Positions 18,912 through 28,718 of a DNA stretch of 64,000 bases are shown one piece after another. Source of the DNA: Planctomycetota bacterium (GTDB taxonomy: Bacteria; Planctomycetota; UBA1135; UBA2386); contig JBKAGP010000001.1 of assembly GCA_046290465.1 (NCBI GenBank), forward strand, positions 704,001 through 768,000. The letters run 5' to 3'. Both the position numbers and the translations under genes were made by a program. Every line of letters begins with the position of its first letter. Positions within the stretch are counted from its first letter, which is position 1. The notes under the pieces were generated by a model. That model searched no databases. It saw only the letters and a program-made list of their open reading frames with translations, and was not told the DNA's origin.

Positions 18912-20913
18912 CGTGCGTCGCGTAGGCCGCGTTCCACGGCAGCGGGTCCTTGTCGCAGACACCGCCGAGCGCCACCGCGGCGAACGCGCGGGTCAGCGGG
19001 GTGACGTCCTCGTTGGCCAGCAGGCCGCGCAGGGCCGGCAGGCAGCGGCGGTCGCCGATCTGCGCCAGCGCGGCCGCGGTCGCGGACAGCCGCACGAGGC
19101 TCTGGCCCGAGCCCTGCAGCTCCGCGATCAGCTGGTCGGTCAGCGTGTGGTCGCCCAGCAGGCCGAGCGAGCGCACGGTCTGCAGCAGCACGAACGGCCG
19201 CCGGGTGGCGTCCTTGCGCACCTCGCGCAGGTCCTTGATGGCGCGGTTGTCCTGCAGCAGTCCGAGCGCCAGCGCGACGTAGCCGGCGACCGCGTCGCGC
19301 TTGTGGTGCTTGACCAGCCGTGCGCGCAGCACGTCGCGGGCGTCGCCGGTCCCGGTCAGGCCGAGCGCGATCGCGATGGCGCCGACGGTGCTCGGGTTGC
19401 GCACCTCGTCGATCTGCCAGATCAGCGCGTCGGTCACCTGCTGGTAGGCGTCTGCGTCGACACCCTGGTGGGTGTTGGCGGCCCGCTGCCGCGCCGCGAT
19501 CACGCCGAGCGCGACGGCCAGCCACGGCTGTTCGATCGCCTTGTTCGCGTGCGCGAGTTCGCCCAGCAAGAAGATGCGGGCGCGTTTGCCGCCGATGCGC
19601 GCCAGCGCCAACGACGCGAACGAGCGGGTCTGCTGGTCGCGGTGGTCGCGGTAGACCTCGACCAGCAGTTCACCCACATCATGGCTGGACGAGTTCTCGT
19701 CGTTCCACGGCTCGCACAGGGTGCCGAGCGCCATGGCGCACGACTGTGCGATGTGGTGGTTGACCTTGACGCCGCCGGCGCGTGAGCGCGTGCGCAGGCC
19801 GTTCTGCAGGTCCTCGGCGAACTGCTTGCGCCAGGCTTCGGCGTCGCGCGACGCGCGCGGCAGCAGGCGGGCCAGCGCGGTCGGCACGTGGGCCTGGATC
19901 AGCTGGTCGCCGACGCCGAGCTCCTTCCGGTAGTAGGCGCCGAGCGTCGCGAGGATCTCGCTTCGCAGCGTGTCGGGGGCCGCGCCCTGCCACTGCGTCG
20001 GGAACAGCGCCAGCGCCTCGATTGCCGCGACCACGAGGTTGCGGTCGTGTGCCTCGGCGCGTTGCACGATCGGCAGCAGCGCGCGCACCAGGCGCATGCT
20101 GGTCGCCGCCTTGCGCGAGCGGTCGAGCAGCAGGCCGGCGCCGTAGGCGGCGAACGCGCGGGTGCGCTGGTTGACCTCGTGCCGGCCGCTCAGGCGGCGG
20201 CCCTCGGCGGTGTCGCCGATCAGCGCGGTGACGGTCTCGACGGTCTCCTTGTCGAGGTCGCCGCTGATGCCGATGGCCAGCGCAGCCGTCTCGCGAAGCT
20301 CCTGGTCGCCGCGCTTCAGCAGCGGCTGGAGCAGGTCGACCAGATCGAATCCGGCGCGCTTCGAGCCGATCTTTGCCAGCGCGACGATGCAGGCGGAACT
20401 GGTATCACGGTCCCGCGACGACGACAGCGTCGCGGCCAGCTGGCTCGCAACCTGCCGCAGGTCGTTGTCGTTCGGTGGTTGGATGTCCCGCTTGCGGCCG
20501 GCGAGCCGCGGGTTCCAAAGCGACTGGCCGTCGTCGCCGACGGTCTCGCGGTAGATGGTTTCGCGCAGGTTGAGGAACGGGTCCTTGCCGAACTCCCACC
20601 AGAATTCCCAGCGGCCGAGGTCGTCGCCGACCGGCACGCCGCGCGGTGCCGCGCCGGCAGCCGACGCGCCGGTGCGCCCGAGGCCACGCGGAGCGGAGGG
20701 CGCTGCGGTCGTTCCGCCACCGCCTGCGCCGCCTGCCGTGCTGCCCGGCAGGACGTCGCTCGGACCACGGAACTGGCCGCCGCCCGACGCGCCGCCGCCC
20801 GATGGGGGGACGACGTTGCCGGGGCCGCGGTACTGGCCGCCATGGGCCCATGCGGGCGCGGTGAGCAGCAGGCCGAGCACGGCGCGGAACGCGTAGGCTT
20901 CGAGGGTTCGCAT
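18847..20913 (-). CDS. Secreted HEAT-repeat protein (HGGQYRGP family), paralogue of 21032-23098
   Basis: Signal peptide AWA-HGGQYRGP; HEAT repeats; shared WEFWWEF.KDPF and C-terminal NYRAA.ETLT...GILD.L. Confidence 0.85.
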   Translation of the reverse strand: MRTLEAYAFRAVLGLLLTAPAWAHGGQYRGPGNVVPPSGGGASGGGQFRGPSDVLPGSTAGGAGGGGTTAAPSAPRGLGRTGASAAGAAPRGVPVGDDLGRWEFWWEFGKDPFLNLRETIYRETVGDDGQSLWNPRLAGRKRDIQPPNDNDLRQVASQLAATLSSSRDRDTSSACIVALAKIGSKRAGFDLVDLLQPLLKRGDQELRETAALAIGISGDLDKETVETVTALIGDTAEGRRLSGRHEVNQRTRAFAAYGAGLLLDRSRKAATSMRLVRALLPIVQRAEAHDRNLVVAAIEALALFPTQWQGAAPDTLRSEILATLGAYYRKELGVGDQLIQAHVPTALARLLPRASRDAEAWRKQFAEDLQNGLRTRSRAGGVKVNHHIAQSCAMALGTLCEPWNDENSSSHDVGELLVEVYRDHRDQQTRSFASLALARIGGKRARIFLLGELAHANKAIEQPWLAVALGVIAARQRAANTHQGVDADAYQQVTDALIWQIDEVRNPSTVGAIAIALGLTGTGDARDVLRARLVKHHKRDAVAGYVALALGLLQDNRAIKDLREVRKDATRRPFVLLQTVRSLGLLGDHTLTDQLIAELQGSGQSLVRLSATAAALAQIGDRRCLPALRGLLANEDVTPLTRAFAAVALGGVCDKDPLPWNAAYATHVNYRAATETLTDGGSGILDLL

Positions 20914-21031
20914 GACGCCTGCATTGCAACGGCCGTGCCAGCGGACCGTACATGGAAAAGCCTCTCCGCGGCCTGGGCCACGGAGAGGCTTCGTTGGGGC
21001 AGGCAGACTCGGCAGCCCGAGGTCCGAAGAC

Positions 21032-23098
21032 CTACAGGATGTCGAGGATACCCGTTTGGCTGTTGGTCAGCGTTTCCACCGCGGCGCGGTAGTTCATGTT
21101 GACGCCGATGGCGCTGTTCCACGGCAGCGGCTGCTTGTCGGCGACGCCACCCAGCGCGACCGCGGCGAACGCGCGCGACAGGTCGCTGAGCTTGTCGTCG
21201 AACAGCAGGTCCTTGAGCGGCTTGATCGAGCGCTTGTCGCCGATGAAGCCGATCGCCGAGGCGATGGCGCTGAGCTTGGCGAGGTTCGGCTCACCGTCCG
21301 TCATCAGCTTCTGCAGACGCTCGGCGACCGTCTTGTCGCCCAGCTTGCCGAGCGCGATGGCCGCCTGCTGCAGCAGGCTGAAGCGACGCGTCGACGCGTC
21401 GACGACGTTCTTGATGTCCTCGATCGAGCGGTCGTCCTTCATCAGGGCGAGGCCGATGGCGAGGTAGCCGGCCATCTCTTCCTTGGCCTGGTTCTTCAGC
21501 ATCTGGTCGCGCATCTCGTCGGCGGCGTCCGTGAACTGGTTCAGGCCCAGCGCAATCGCGAGTGCGCCGGTCAGGCTCGGGTTCTTGCTCTTCTCGAGCT
21601 CCTTGAACAGCGTCTCGCCGATGAACGTGTCGGGGTTGACGCTCTCGCCGCGCGCCTTCTGCGCTTCGTACTGGAAGTGCGAGTAGACGCCGAGCGCCAT
21701 CGCGCACCACGGCTTCTCGATCGCCTTGCCGCCCTTGTCGAAGGCCTTCAGCAGGGCTTCGCGGTTCAGCTCACCGCCGATCCAGCCGAGGCTGAGCACG
21801 GCGAAGTTGCGGGTCTGCTGATCCTTGTGCTTGTTCCACATGTTCAGCAGCAGCTTGCTGTACTCGGCGTCGTCGGACTTCTTGTCCTCGTACGGCTTGC
21901 ACATCTGGCCGAGCGCGAGCGCGCACGACTGGCTGATCGCGTTGCCGGCACGCTTGATCTTGCCCTTGTCCTGCATGTCGGCCGCGAACAGCTTCTTGAA
22001 GTAGTCGCTGCGCTCGTGGTCGGCACCGATCAGGGTGGCGATCGCCGGCGGGCAGTGGGCCAGGATGATGTTGCGGCCCGCACCCAGCTTCTGCATGTAG
22101 TGCTTCTCGAGCGTGTTGACCGCGTCGGTCAGCAGCGCCTTCTCCTCGTCGGTGCCGGTGCCGATGTTGAGGATGCGGATGCCGTTGATGGCGGCGACCT
22201 GGATGTTGCGGTCGCGCAGGTCCTTGCTCTCGAGCACCGTCTTCAGCGCGTCGAACGCCTGCTTCTTGACGGCGACGTTGGCGTTGCGGTAGGCGACCAG
22301 GCCGAGGCCGTAGCACGCGAACGCGCGGGTGCGCATGTTGACGCTGCCACCCGAGGCCTCGCGGCCCTTGCCCTTGTCGAGCGCCAGGTCGACGAGCATG
22401 TTCATCTCGTCCTCACCGGCGATCGCGGCGATGCCGTACGACAGCGCGGCCGACTCGCGGACCTCCTGGGTGTTCTCCGACAGGCGCGGGGTGAACACGT
22501 CGCGGAGCTTGAACTCCGGGTGGTCCTGCCCGATCTTCGCCATCGCGATCATGCACGACGAGCTGATGTCCTTGTAGTCGGTCGAGTCGATCGCCTTCTT
22601 CAGCGCCGGCAGGATCTCGCCCATGATGTCTTCCTGCGTCGGACGCAGGGAGTCGCGGGCCGCGCTCTTGCGCGTGCTGCCGAGGTAGAAGTCGTCGGAG
22701 CCGGTCTGCGGGCCGCCCTGGAGGACCGCGTCACGCAGGCGGATGAAGGGGTCCTTGTTGAACTCCCACCAGAAGCTCCACTTCGTCAGGTCGTCGCCGA
22801 TCTGCATGCCGCGACCGCCGGTGACCGGGCCGGGACGGCCTGCGGGGCCAGCCGGGCCGCCGGTGCTCGGGCCGGCCGGGCCACCCGTCGCCGGGCCGGA
22901 CGGGGCCGGGGCGCTCGGGCCCGAGGGGCCGCCGGTGGTCGGGCCGCTCGGGCGGCCGGTGGTGCCACCGCCGCCACCGCCACCCGGCGGGACGACGTCG
23001 CCCGGGCCACGGTACTGGCCACCGTGGGCAAGGGCGGTTTCGGGCAGCATCGCCACGAAGCTGGCGACCGTCACTGCAGACAGCAGGATGTTCTTCAT
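21032..23098 (-). CDS. Secreted HEAT-repeat protein (HGGQYRGP family)
   Basis: AGGAG SD before ATG at 23098; signal peptide ALA-HGGQYRGP; Gly/Pro-rich linker; HEAT repeats. Confidence 0.88.
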   Translation of the reverse strand: MKNILLSAVTVASFVAMLPETALAHGGQYRGPGDVVPPGGGGGGGTTGRPSGPTTGGPSGPSAPAPSGPATGGPAGPSTGGPAGPAGRPGPVTGGRGMQIGDDLTKWSFWWEFNKDPFIRLRDAVLQGGPQTGSDDFYLGSTRKSAARDSLRPTQEDIMGEILPALKKAIDSTDYKDISSSCMIAMAKIGQDHPEFKLRDVFTPRLSENTQEVRESAALSYGIAAIAGEDEMNMLVDLALDKGKGREASGGSVNMRTRAFACYGLGLVAYRNANVAVKKQAFDALKTVLESKDLRDRNIQVAAINGIRILNIGTGTDEEKALLTDAVNTLEKHYMQKLGAGRNIILAHCPPAIATLIGADHERSDYFKKLFAADMQDKGKIKRAGNAISQSCALALGQMCKPYEDKKSDDAEYSKLLLNMWNKHKDQQTRNFAVLSLGWIGGELNREALLKAFDKGGKAIEKPWCAMALGVYSHFQYEAQKARGESVNPDTFIGETLFKELEKSKNPSLTGALAIALGLNQFTDAADEMRDQMLKNQAKEEMAGYLAIGLALMKDDRSIEDIKNVVDASTRRFSLLQQAAIALGKLGDKTVAERLQKLMTDGEPNLAKLSAIASAIGFIGDKRSIKPLKDLLFDDKLSDLSRAFAAVALGGVADKQPLPWNSAIGVNMNYRAAVETLTNSQTGILDIL

Positions 23099-23202
23099 CG
23101 AAGGGCTCCTCATGGATGGTTCGGGTGCACGCGCAGGGGACCCGGTCGAGAAAGGACCAGGTCGGTTCGGACATGGGATGAACCCGCCGCGCGCGCACGG
23201 GC

Positions 23203-23230
23203 ACTCTAGCCGACTGCCCAGAGCTTGCAA
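23203..23230 (-). promoter_or_regulatory. Putative sigma70-type promoter for the HEAT paralogue pair
   Basis: Minus strand TTGCAA-N16-TAGAGT about 100 nt upstream of the 23098 start. Confidence 0.4.
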
Positions 23231-23352
23231 AAGAGGGACCAACCGCGCCGGGTGGCCATTTTCCGGGGGCGGCGGGCCGTTCGTGTCACGCTCAGCCGAC
23301 ATCCGGCCGGCGAACGTTACGAGGGCGGAACAACAAGCGCGATCTGCCCACG

Positions 23353-24177
23353 TCAGCGGGCGAACGGATGCAGCAGTGCGACGATGCGGCGGTGCACGTT
23401 GGGCCGGGCCGCGATCGTCGCGGTGTGCGCGACCTGCAGGTCCTTCACCGGGAACACCGCGGCGCCGGACCAGTCGGTGAAGCGCAGCCCGGCCTCGACC
23501 GCGACCAGGCCGGCCGCCGCGAAGTCCCACAGCCGGCCCTGCTGCTGCACGTTGGCGTCAAGGCGGCCCATGACGCAGTCGGTCAGCTGCACGACGGTGC
23601 TGCCGAGCGTGCGGATCCTGGCGCCCTCCGACTGCAGGGCCGGCAGGAACGACATGTCCTCCTGGCCGCGGAACCACTGGCAGCCGACGATCGCGCCGTC
23701 GTCGAAGCGACCGCGCGGCGTCGTCACCCGTCGTCCGTTGCGCCAGACGCCGTTGCGGTGCACGGCGACGAACAGCGCGTCCTCCGGCTGGCAGTGCACG
23801 ACCCCGAGCACCGGCTGGCCGCGGAACAGCAGCGCGACCGACACGGCGAACTGCGGCAGGCCGCGCGAGAAGTTGGAGGTGCCGTCGATCGGGTCGACGA
23901 CCCACAGCCAGTCGTGGTCGAGCTGGTCGGCGTCGGTCTCCTCGCCGAGGAAGCCGGCGTGCTCGCGCAGCGCCCGCAGTTCGCGTCGCAGCCGCTTCTC
24001 GCTGCGCAGGTCGATCGCGGTGACGAAGTCGCCGACGCCCTTGCGGGTGACGTCGCTCGGGCGCAACCGGGATTGCGCACGCTGGATGCTGCTGGCCAGC
24101 TCGCGCACGATGTCGCCGAGCGGCTTGCGCAGCCGCATGGCGTCCTTGATGACCCGTTCGAGCTCCGCTGACGGCAT
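23353..24177 (-). CDS. suhB: Inositol monophosphatase family protein (SuhB-like)
   Basis: DFVTAID, LGEE, WVVDPIDGTSNF, WDFAAAGL. Confidence 0.88.
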   Translation of the reverse strand: MPSAELERVIKDAMRLRKPLGDIVRELASSIQRAQSRLRPSDVTRKGVGDFVTAIDLRSEKRLRRELRALREHAGFLGEETDADQLDHDWLWVVDPIDGTSNFSRGLPQFAVSVALLFRGQPVLGVVHCQPEDALFVAVHRNGVWRNGRRVTTPRGRFDDGAIVGCQWFRGQEDMSFLPALQSEGARIRTLGSTVVQLTDCVMGRLDANVQQQGRLWDFAAAGLVAVEAGLRFTDWSGAAVFPVKDLQVAHTATIAARPNVHRRIVALLHPFAR

Positions 24178-24256
24178 GGCGGCATCGTGCCCGAACGCGG
24201 GCCGTGACGGAAGCGCGGGAATCGTGCGTGCAGCGGCTCGCGGGTTCGCCTACACC

Positions 24257-25675
24257 ATGGCGCTCGCAATGGCTTCCTGCGGTGGTGGCGCGCGCGGCGC
24301 GCAGTGGATGGCGGCGCTCGCGCTGGCGGCGTGCGTCGGACCCGACGAACCGGCGGGCGCGCGCTCGTTCGGCCGCGACGCGCGCGCGCCGTTCGCCGCC
24401 GAAGAGCAGAGCGGGCCGGCCGGGCCGAGCGCGGCAGCGGGCACGCCGACGCGTCGTACGGGGGCGGCTGGCATGGCTCCGAAGGCAACGGTCCCGGTCG
24501 TGATGGTTCCGAGCGCCGAGGTTCCGGTCGCGGAGGTTCTGGTCGCGGAGGTTCCGGGCGCGGCGGTTCCGAGCGACCGGCAGCCGGGCCGAGGCGATCC
24601 GACCGAGGCGGCCGCGGCGAAGCCGCCGGCAGGTGGTGCGGTCGAAGCGATCGCCGAGGACCCGGCCGCGGCGGTGGTCTCGCTGCCGGCGCCGCCGGCC
24701 GCAGAACCGTCGCCGACCGAGGTCGCCGACGATGGCCGCGGCGAGGAGCGCACGCTGCGCAACGCGTTCGCCAACGCCACCGACGTGACCGAGCCGGCGC
24801 TGAAGCTGGCCAGCTTCCTGGTGCGCAAGGAGCGCTACCCGGAGGCGCGGCACGTGCTCGACCAGGCGATCGATCGGATTCCCGCGGACCAGCGCGCCGC
24901 GTCGTCGGACCTGCGTCTGGCGCGCGCCGGCCTGCTGCGCGACGTCGCGCGCAACGACCTGGCGATGGTGGAGCTGCGCGCGGTCGTGCGCGAGCGCGGC
25001 CGGAGCCGCGTCGCGCCCGGCACGTTGTTCGAACTGGCGCAGGTCGAGTGGCTCGCCGGCGAACGCGAGGCCGCCAACGTGACGATGCGCGACCTGCTGC
25101 GGCTGCACGTCGACAGCGCGTTCCTGGTCGACAACGCCGCGTGGCTGCGTGAGTGGCACGTGCGCATCGAGAACCGCACCGTCGCCGACGACGGCGGCGA
25201 GTTGCGCGACGCGTTCGCGCTGCTGCGAGCGGCGCCGGTGGTGACCGGGCGCATGCGCATCCTCGATGCGCTGGCGCGACCGCAGGCGAGCGGGCCCGAC
25301 GACGGTCGGCGACCGGTGCGGCTGCGCGCGATCGGCATCGCGTGCGCCGACGAGTCGCCGGCGGTGCGGACCCGCGCCGTGCAGCTGGCCGACGCCAACG
25401 GCCTCGACAATCTGGTGTTCTGGCGCGCAGCGATGGCCGACGACTCGCCGCTGGTGCGTCGCTTCGGCGCCTACGGGGCGGCCAGGCAGCACGGCGAACG
25501 GGCGGCCGGGGCCCTGCTGCGGGCGATGGCCGACGAGCAGGATCCGAGCGCGTTCGCCGGCATGCACGCGGCGATGGCGCGCGCGCTGTCGGTCGACGCG
25601 CCGCCGTGCGCAGCCGAGAACGAGGAGGGCCGCAGCAACGCGGTGGCGATGTGGAGGAAGCAATGCGAACGATGA
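24257..25675 (+). CDS. Putative lipoprotein with low-complexity linker and TPR/HEAT repeats (start uncertain)
   Basis: LALAAC lipobox-like segment; Ala/Pro-rich linker; DESPAVRTRAV and DDSPLVRR HEAT motifs. Confidence 0.6.
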   Translation: MALAMASCGGGARGAQWMAALALAACVGPDEPAGARSFGRDARAPFAAEEQSGPAGPSAAAGTPTRRTGAAGMAPKATVPVVMVPSAEVPVAEVLVAEVPGAAVPSDRQPGRGDPTEAAAAKPPAGGAVEAIAEDPAAAVVSLPAPPAAEPSPTEVADDGRGEERTLRNAFANATDVTEPALKLASFLVRKERYPEARHVLDQAIDRIPADQRAASSDLRLARAGLLRDVARNDLAMVELRAVVRERGRSRVAPGTLFELAQVEWLAGEREAANVTMRDLLRLHVDSAFLVDNAAWLREWHVRIENRTVADDGGELRDAFALLRAAPVVTGRMRILDALARPQASGPDDGRRPVRLRAIGIACADESPAVRTRAVQLADANGLDNLVFWRAAMADDSPLVRRFGAYGAARQHGERAAGALLRAMADEQDPSAFAGMHAAMARALSVDAPPCAAENEEGRSNAVAMWRKQCER

Positions 25676-26874
25676 TGCGGAGGACCCTGCAGGCCACCGT
25701 ACTGGTCCTGCCGCTGCTGGCCGGCGGCGGCTGCTCGGTCGCCGACGTGCTCAGCAGCGACGAGATCCTCGAGGAACTCGACGAGATCGTGCGCATCGAC
25801 GGCACCGGCGAGGCCCGTCAGGTGGTCTACGCCAACGAAGCGATGCTGTCGCGCGACTTCCGGCGGCTGGTGCTGCTGGCTCCGATCCGCACACCGCTGG
25901 CTTGGATCTTCGGCCGCCGCAGCATGCAGGAGCTGAAGAACCCCGGCTACCACGTGCGCGAGCTGCTGCGCGAACTGCCGGACGAGACCGCCGGCGGCTG
26001 GTTCACGGGCCCGGACCTGTTGACGTGCGCAGCGGCGATGACGCGGTTCGGCTGGCTCGGCGAACTCGACCTCAACGCGACCACGCGGGTGCGCTCGATC
26101 GACGGGCTGTCGCGGGTCAGTCGCCAGCTGGGTCTGACGCCGTTCGCCGGGGCGTTCCTCGAGCTGACCACGCCGCTCGACGCCACCGTCGCCGAACGGG
26201 CGCGCGCTGGCCTGCGCGCCGCCGGTCCCGACGCGCGCGGCGAGTCGGGTGCGTTGACCGCGCCGGAGGCGTACCGCGACGCGCTCGCGGCGATCACCAG
26301 CCAGCCGCTCGCGAGCTTCGCCGACCGGCTGGTGCTGGTCGAGGACCTCGGCGTGCTCTACGCGCAGGAGCGCGACCCGGCTGCGCGACCGTGGGTGCGC
26401 GACGCGCTGCGCGCGGCGATGAGCCACTGCGTGCGCGGCGTGCTGCTGCGCGCGATCCAGGGTCGTTCGCGGCGCCTCGCCGAGGTGCGGCTGTGCGCCA
26501 TGGAGCAGATCCGTCGTCTCGGTGGGCCGCGCACCGTGCCGCTGATGCTGGCGACGATGGCGGCGAGCCCGGCCGAACGTGCCAGCGGTGCTGCGCCGTT
26601 CGATTCGGACTCGCTGGTGCAGCTGCGCCTGATCCACTACTGCGGCCAGCTCGATCGCGAACTGTCGGAGACCGTGGTGCGCCTGCCGGGCCGGCAGGAC
26701 TGGGAGGCGACCTCGCCGGTCGAGTTCCTGGCGCGCACGATCCTGTCCGAACAGGACTACTACTCGAAGCTGCGGACGCCGGCGATCGTGGCGCTGACGT
26801 GGTGCCTCGGGCGCGAGACGCTCGACCCCGATCCCGCGTGGGTGCGGGAGTGGATCGACAACCGCGGTTCGTAG
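25663..26874 (+). CDS. Putative lipoprotein, helical
   Basis: GGAGGA SD; LLAGGGC lipobox-like signal; overlaps the upstream stop. Confidence 0.7.
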   Translation: MRTMMRRTLQATVLVLPLLAGGGCSVADVLSSDEILEELDEIVRIDGTGEARQVVYANEAMLSRDFRRLVLLAPIRTPLAWIFGRRSMQELKNPGYHVRELLRELPDETAGGWFTGPDLLTCAAAMTRFGWLGELDLNATTRVRSIDGLSRVSRQLGLTPFAGAFLELTTPLDATVAERARAGLRAAGPDARGESGALTAPEAYRDALAAITSQPLASFADRLVLVEDLGVLYAQERDPAARPWVRDALRAAMSHCVRGVLLRAIQGRSRRLAEVRLCAMEQIRRLGGPRTVPLMLATMAASPAERASGAAPFDSDSLVQLRLIHYCGQLDRELSETVVRLPGRQDWEATSPVEFLARTILSEQDYYSKLRTPAIVALTWCLGRETLDPDPAWVREWIDNRGS

Positions 26875-26876
26875 CG

Positions 26877-27443
26877 ATGCAGACCCACTGGAGCGACGAC
26901 GAGATCGCCTACGACGGCAGCCAGCTGCGCGCGCACTGGTTGCTCGATCGCTTCGACCTGGTCGGCGACGCCTGCGTCGCGTTCCGCGGCGCGTGCCGGG
27001 TCCAGGACGTCGAGATGGCCGACCTCGAGGACCTCGACGGGCCGGGCATCGCTGCCGACGACATGGTGCACTTCGTGTGGGAGTCGTTCGCGACCACCGA
27101 CCTGCTGCTCGCCGTGCACCGCCAGCGGCTGTTCGCGGCGCAGGTGCGCGAGGTGCTGCACGAACTCGCACCGCAGCACGACGTCCGCCGCGACGGCGAC
27201 GACCTTTACGTCGCGGACGGGAAATTGTCGATCTCGATCGCTACGGTCACCCCCGTCAGCGCCTTGATCCACTTCGCCGTCAACGCCCGCTCCAGCGGGG
27301 CTCCCGTAGCCATCGCGAGCCTCGCCGACCTGTGCGTCGATCCCGCCGCGTTCGCCGCGGCGACGTTGCGTCGCGTCGCCGCCGAACAGGGTTCGATCGC
27401 CGCCGCGCGCGCCAAGGTGCGCGGCAAGGGGGAGTGGCGATGA
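26877..27443 (+). CDS. DUF366-family protein
   Basis: YDGSQLRAHW, MADLED, M.HF, GDDLY, KLSISIAT, HFAVN pattern as recalled for DUF366. Confidence 0.75.
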   Translation: MQTHWSDDEIAYDGSQLRAHWLLDRFDLVGDACVAFRGACRVQDVEMADLEDLDGPGIAADDMVHFVWESFATTDLLLAVHRQRLFAAQVREVLHELAPQHDVRRDGDDLYVADGKLSISIATVTPVSALIHFAVNARSSGAPVAIASLADLCVDPAAFAAATLRRVAAEQGSIAAARAKVRGKGEWR

Positions 27444-28663
27444 ACAAGCACGCCGTGACCGCCCTGAAGATCCTGTTCGTCGGCGGCATGATGTGGTTCG
27501 TCTTCACGCTGATCGCGTTCGAGGACCGGCTCGTCCACCTGGTCGACCAGAAGGTCGTGCAGGAGGAGGTCATCGAGATCCAGGGCGACTGGCGCGCCGA
27601 CCCGGTGCGCTTCGTGCAGGCCGGTGTCGAGACCGAACAGCCGGCGTCGCGCACGCTCGAGGACGGCCGCCAGATCGACGTGCGGCCAGGCTTCCTCAGC
27701 TACCTCCGCAACCTCGACGTCGCCTGGTTCGCGCTCGGCGCGCTGTGCTACTTCCTGACCGTGCTGATCGCCGGCGCCCGCTGGTGGTGGCTGCTGCGCG
27801 TCAACAGCATGAACGTGTCGCTGCTCGAAGCGCTGCGCTTCACCTGGATCGGCGTGTTCTTCAACACGGTGTTCCCGGGTTCGACCGGCGGCGACGTGAT
27901 CAAGGCGCTGTACATCATGAAGCGCTGCCCCGGCCACCGCGTGCAGGCGCTGGTCTCGGTCGGGGTCGACCGGATCCTCGGGCTCGGCTCGCTGGCGCTG
28001 CTCGGCGCGATCTGCGTGCTGTTCGCGCTCGACCAGTTCTCGACCATCGCGATGGCGATCTGGGGCGTGATCCTCGGCGTCGGTCTGCTCGGTGTGGTCG
28101 CGTTCAGCAAGCGCCTGCGCGAACTGGTGCGGCTGACCTGGTTGCTCAACCGGCTGCCGGCCAAGGTCCGCTCGGCGCTGCAGATGGTCGACAAGGCGGT
28201 GTTCTTCTACCGCGACCAGCGCAGCGTGATCGTGTTGAGCCTGCTGCTCGGCATCGTCAACCACGTGCTGTCGGTGTTCTGCGTGGTGTGCCTCGGGATC
28301 GCGATCGGCGTCGGCATGCCGACGTTCGAGTACTTCGTGCTGGTGCCGGTGATCAACATCGTCTCGGCGGTGCCGATTGCGCCCAACGGCTGGGGGGTCG
28401 GCGAGCTGCTCTACGGCTACCTGTTCGCCGAGCACGGTGCCCAGCACCTGAGCAACGTCTCCGACGCGGCGATGGCGATGCGCACCCGCGGGGTGGCGCT
28501 GTCGATCCTCTACCGCACGGTGCTGACCGGGTTCAGCTTCCTGGCCGGCCTGCTGGTTCTGTTCGAGAAGGACCGGGTCACCCGGGAGGACATCGACCGC
28601 GAGGTCGCGCTGGAGGAGAGCGAGGCCGAAGAAGCCGCCCGCCGCCCGCTCGAAGACGAGTAG
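27440..28663 (+). CDS. Lysylphosphatidylglycerol synthase TM / flippase-like membrane protein
   Basis: RWWWLL, GVFFNTVFPGSTGGDVIKA, DRILGL, PIAPNGWGVGE. Confidence 0.85.
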   Translation: MNKHAVTALKILFVGGMMWFVFTLIAFEDRLVHLVDQKVVQEEVIEIQGDWRADPVRFVQAGVETEQPASRTLEDGRQIDVRPGFLSYLRNLDVAWFALGALCYFLTVLIAGARWWWLLRVNSMNVSLLEALRFTWIGVFFNTVFPGSTGGDVIKALYIMKRCPGHRVQALVSVGVDRILGLGSLALLGAICVLFALDQFSTIAMAIWGVILGVGLLGVVAFSKRLRELVRLTWLLNRLPAKVRSALQMVDKAVFFYRDQRSVIVLSLLLGIVNHVLSVFCVVCLGIAIGVGMPTFEYFVLVPVINIVSAVPIAPNGWGVGELLYGYLFAEHGAQHLSNVSDAAMAMRTRGVALSILYRTVLTGFSFLAGLLVLFEKDRVTREDIDREVALEESEAEEAARRPLEDE

Positions 28664-28718
28664 CGCGGCGGAACGGGTTGGATCCGCTGGCGTCGGATCG
28701 CTAACCTGTTCCCCCGAA

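Noticed and set aside
23099..23530. N-terminal extension of the 832-aa HEAT ORF
   Set aside because: It overlaps suhB and the promoter region. The SD and signal peptide support a start at 23098.
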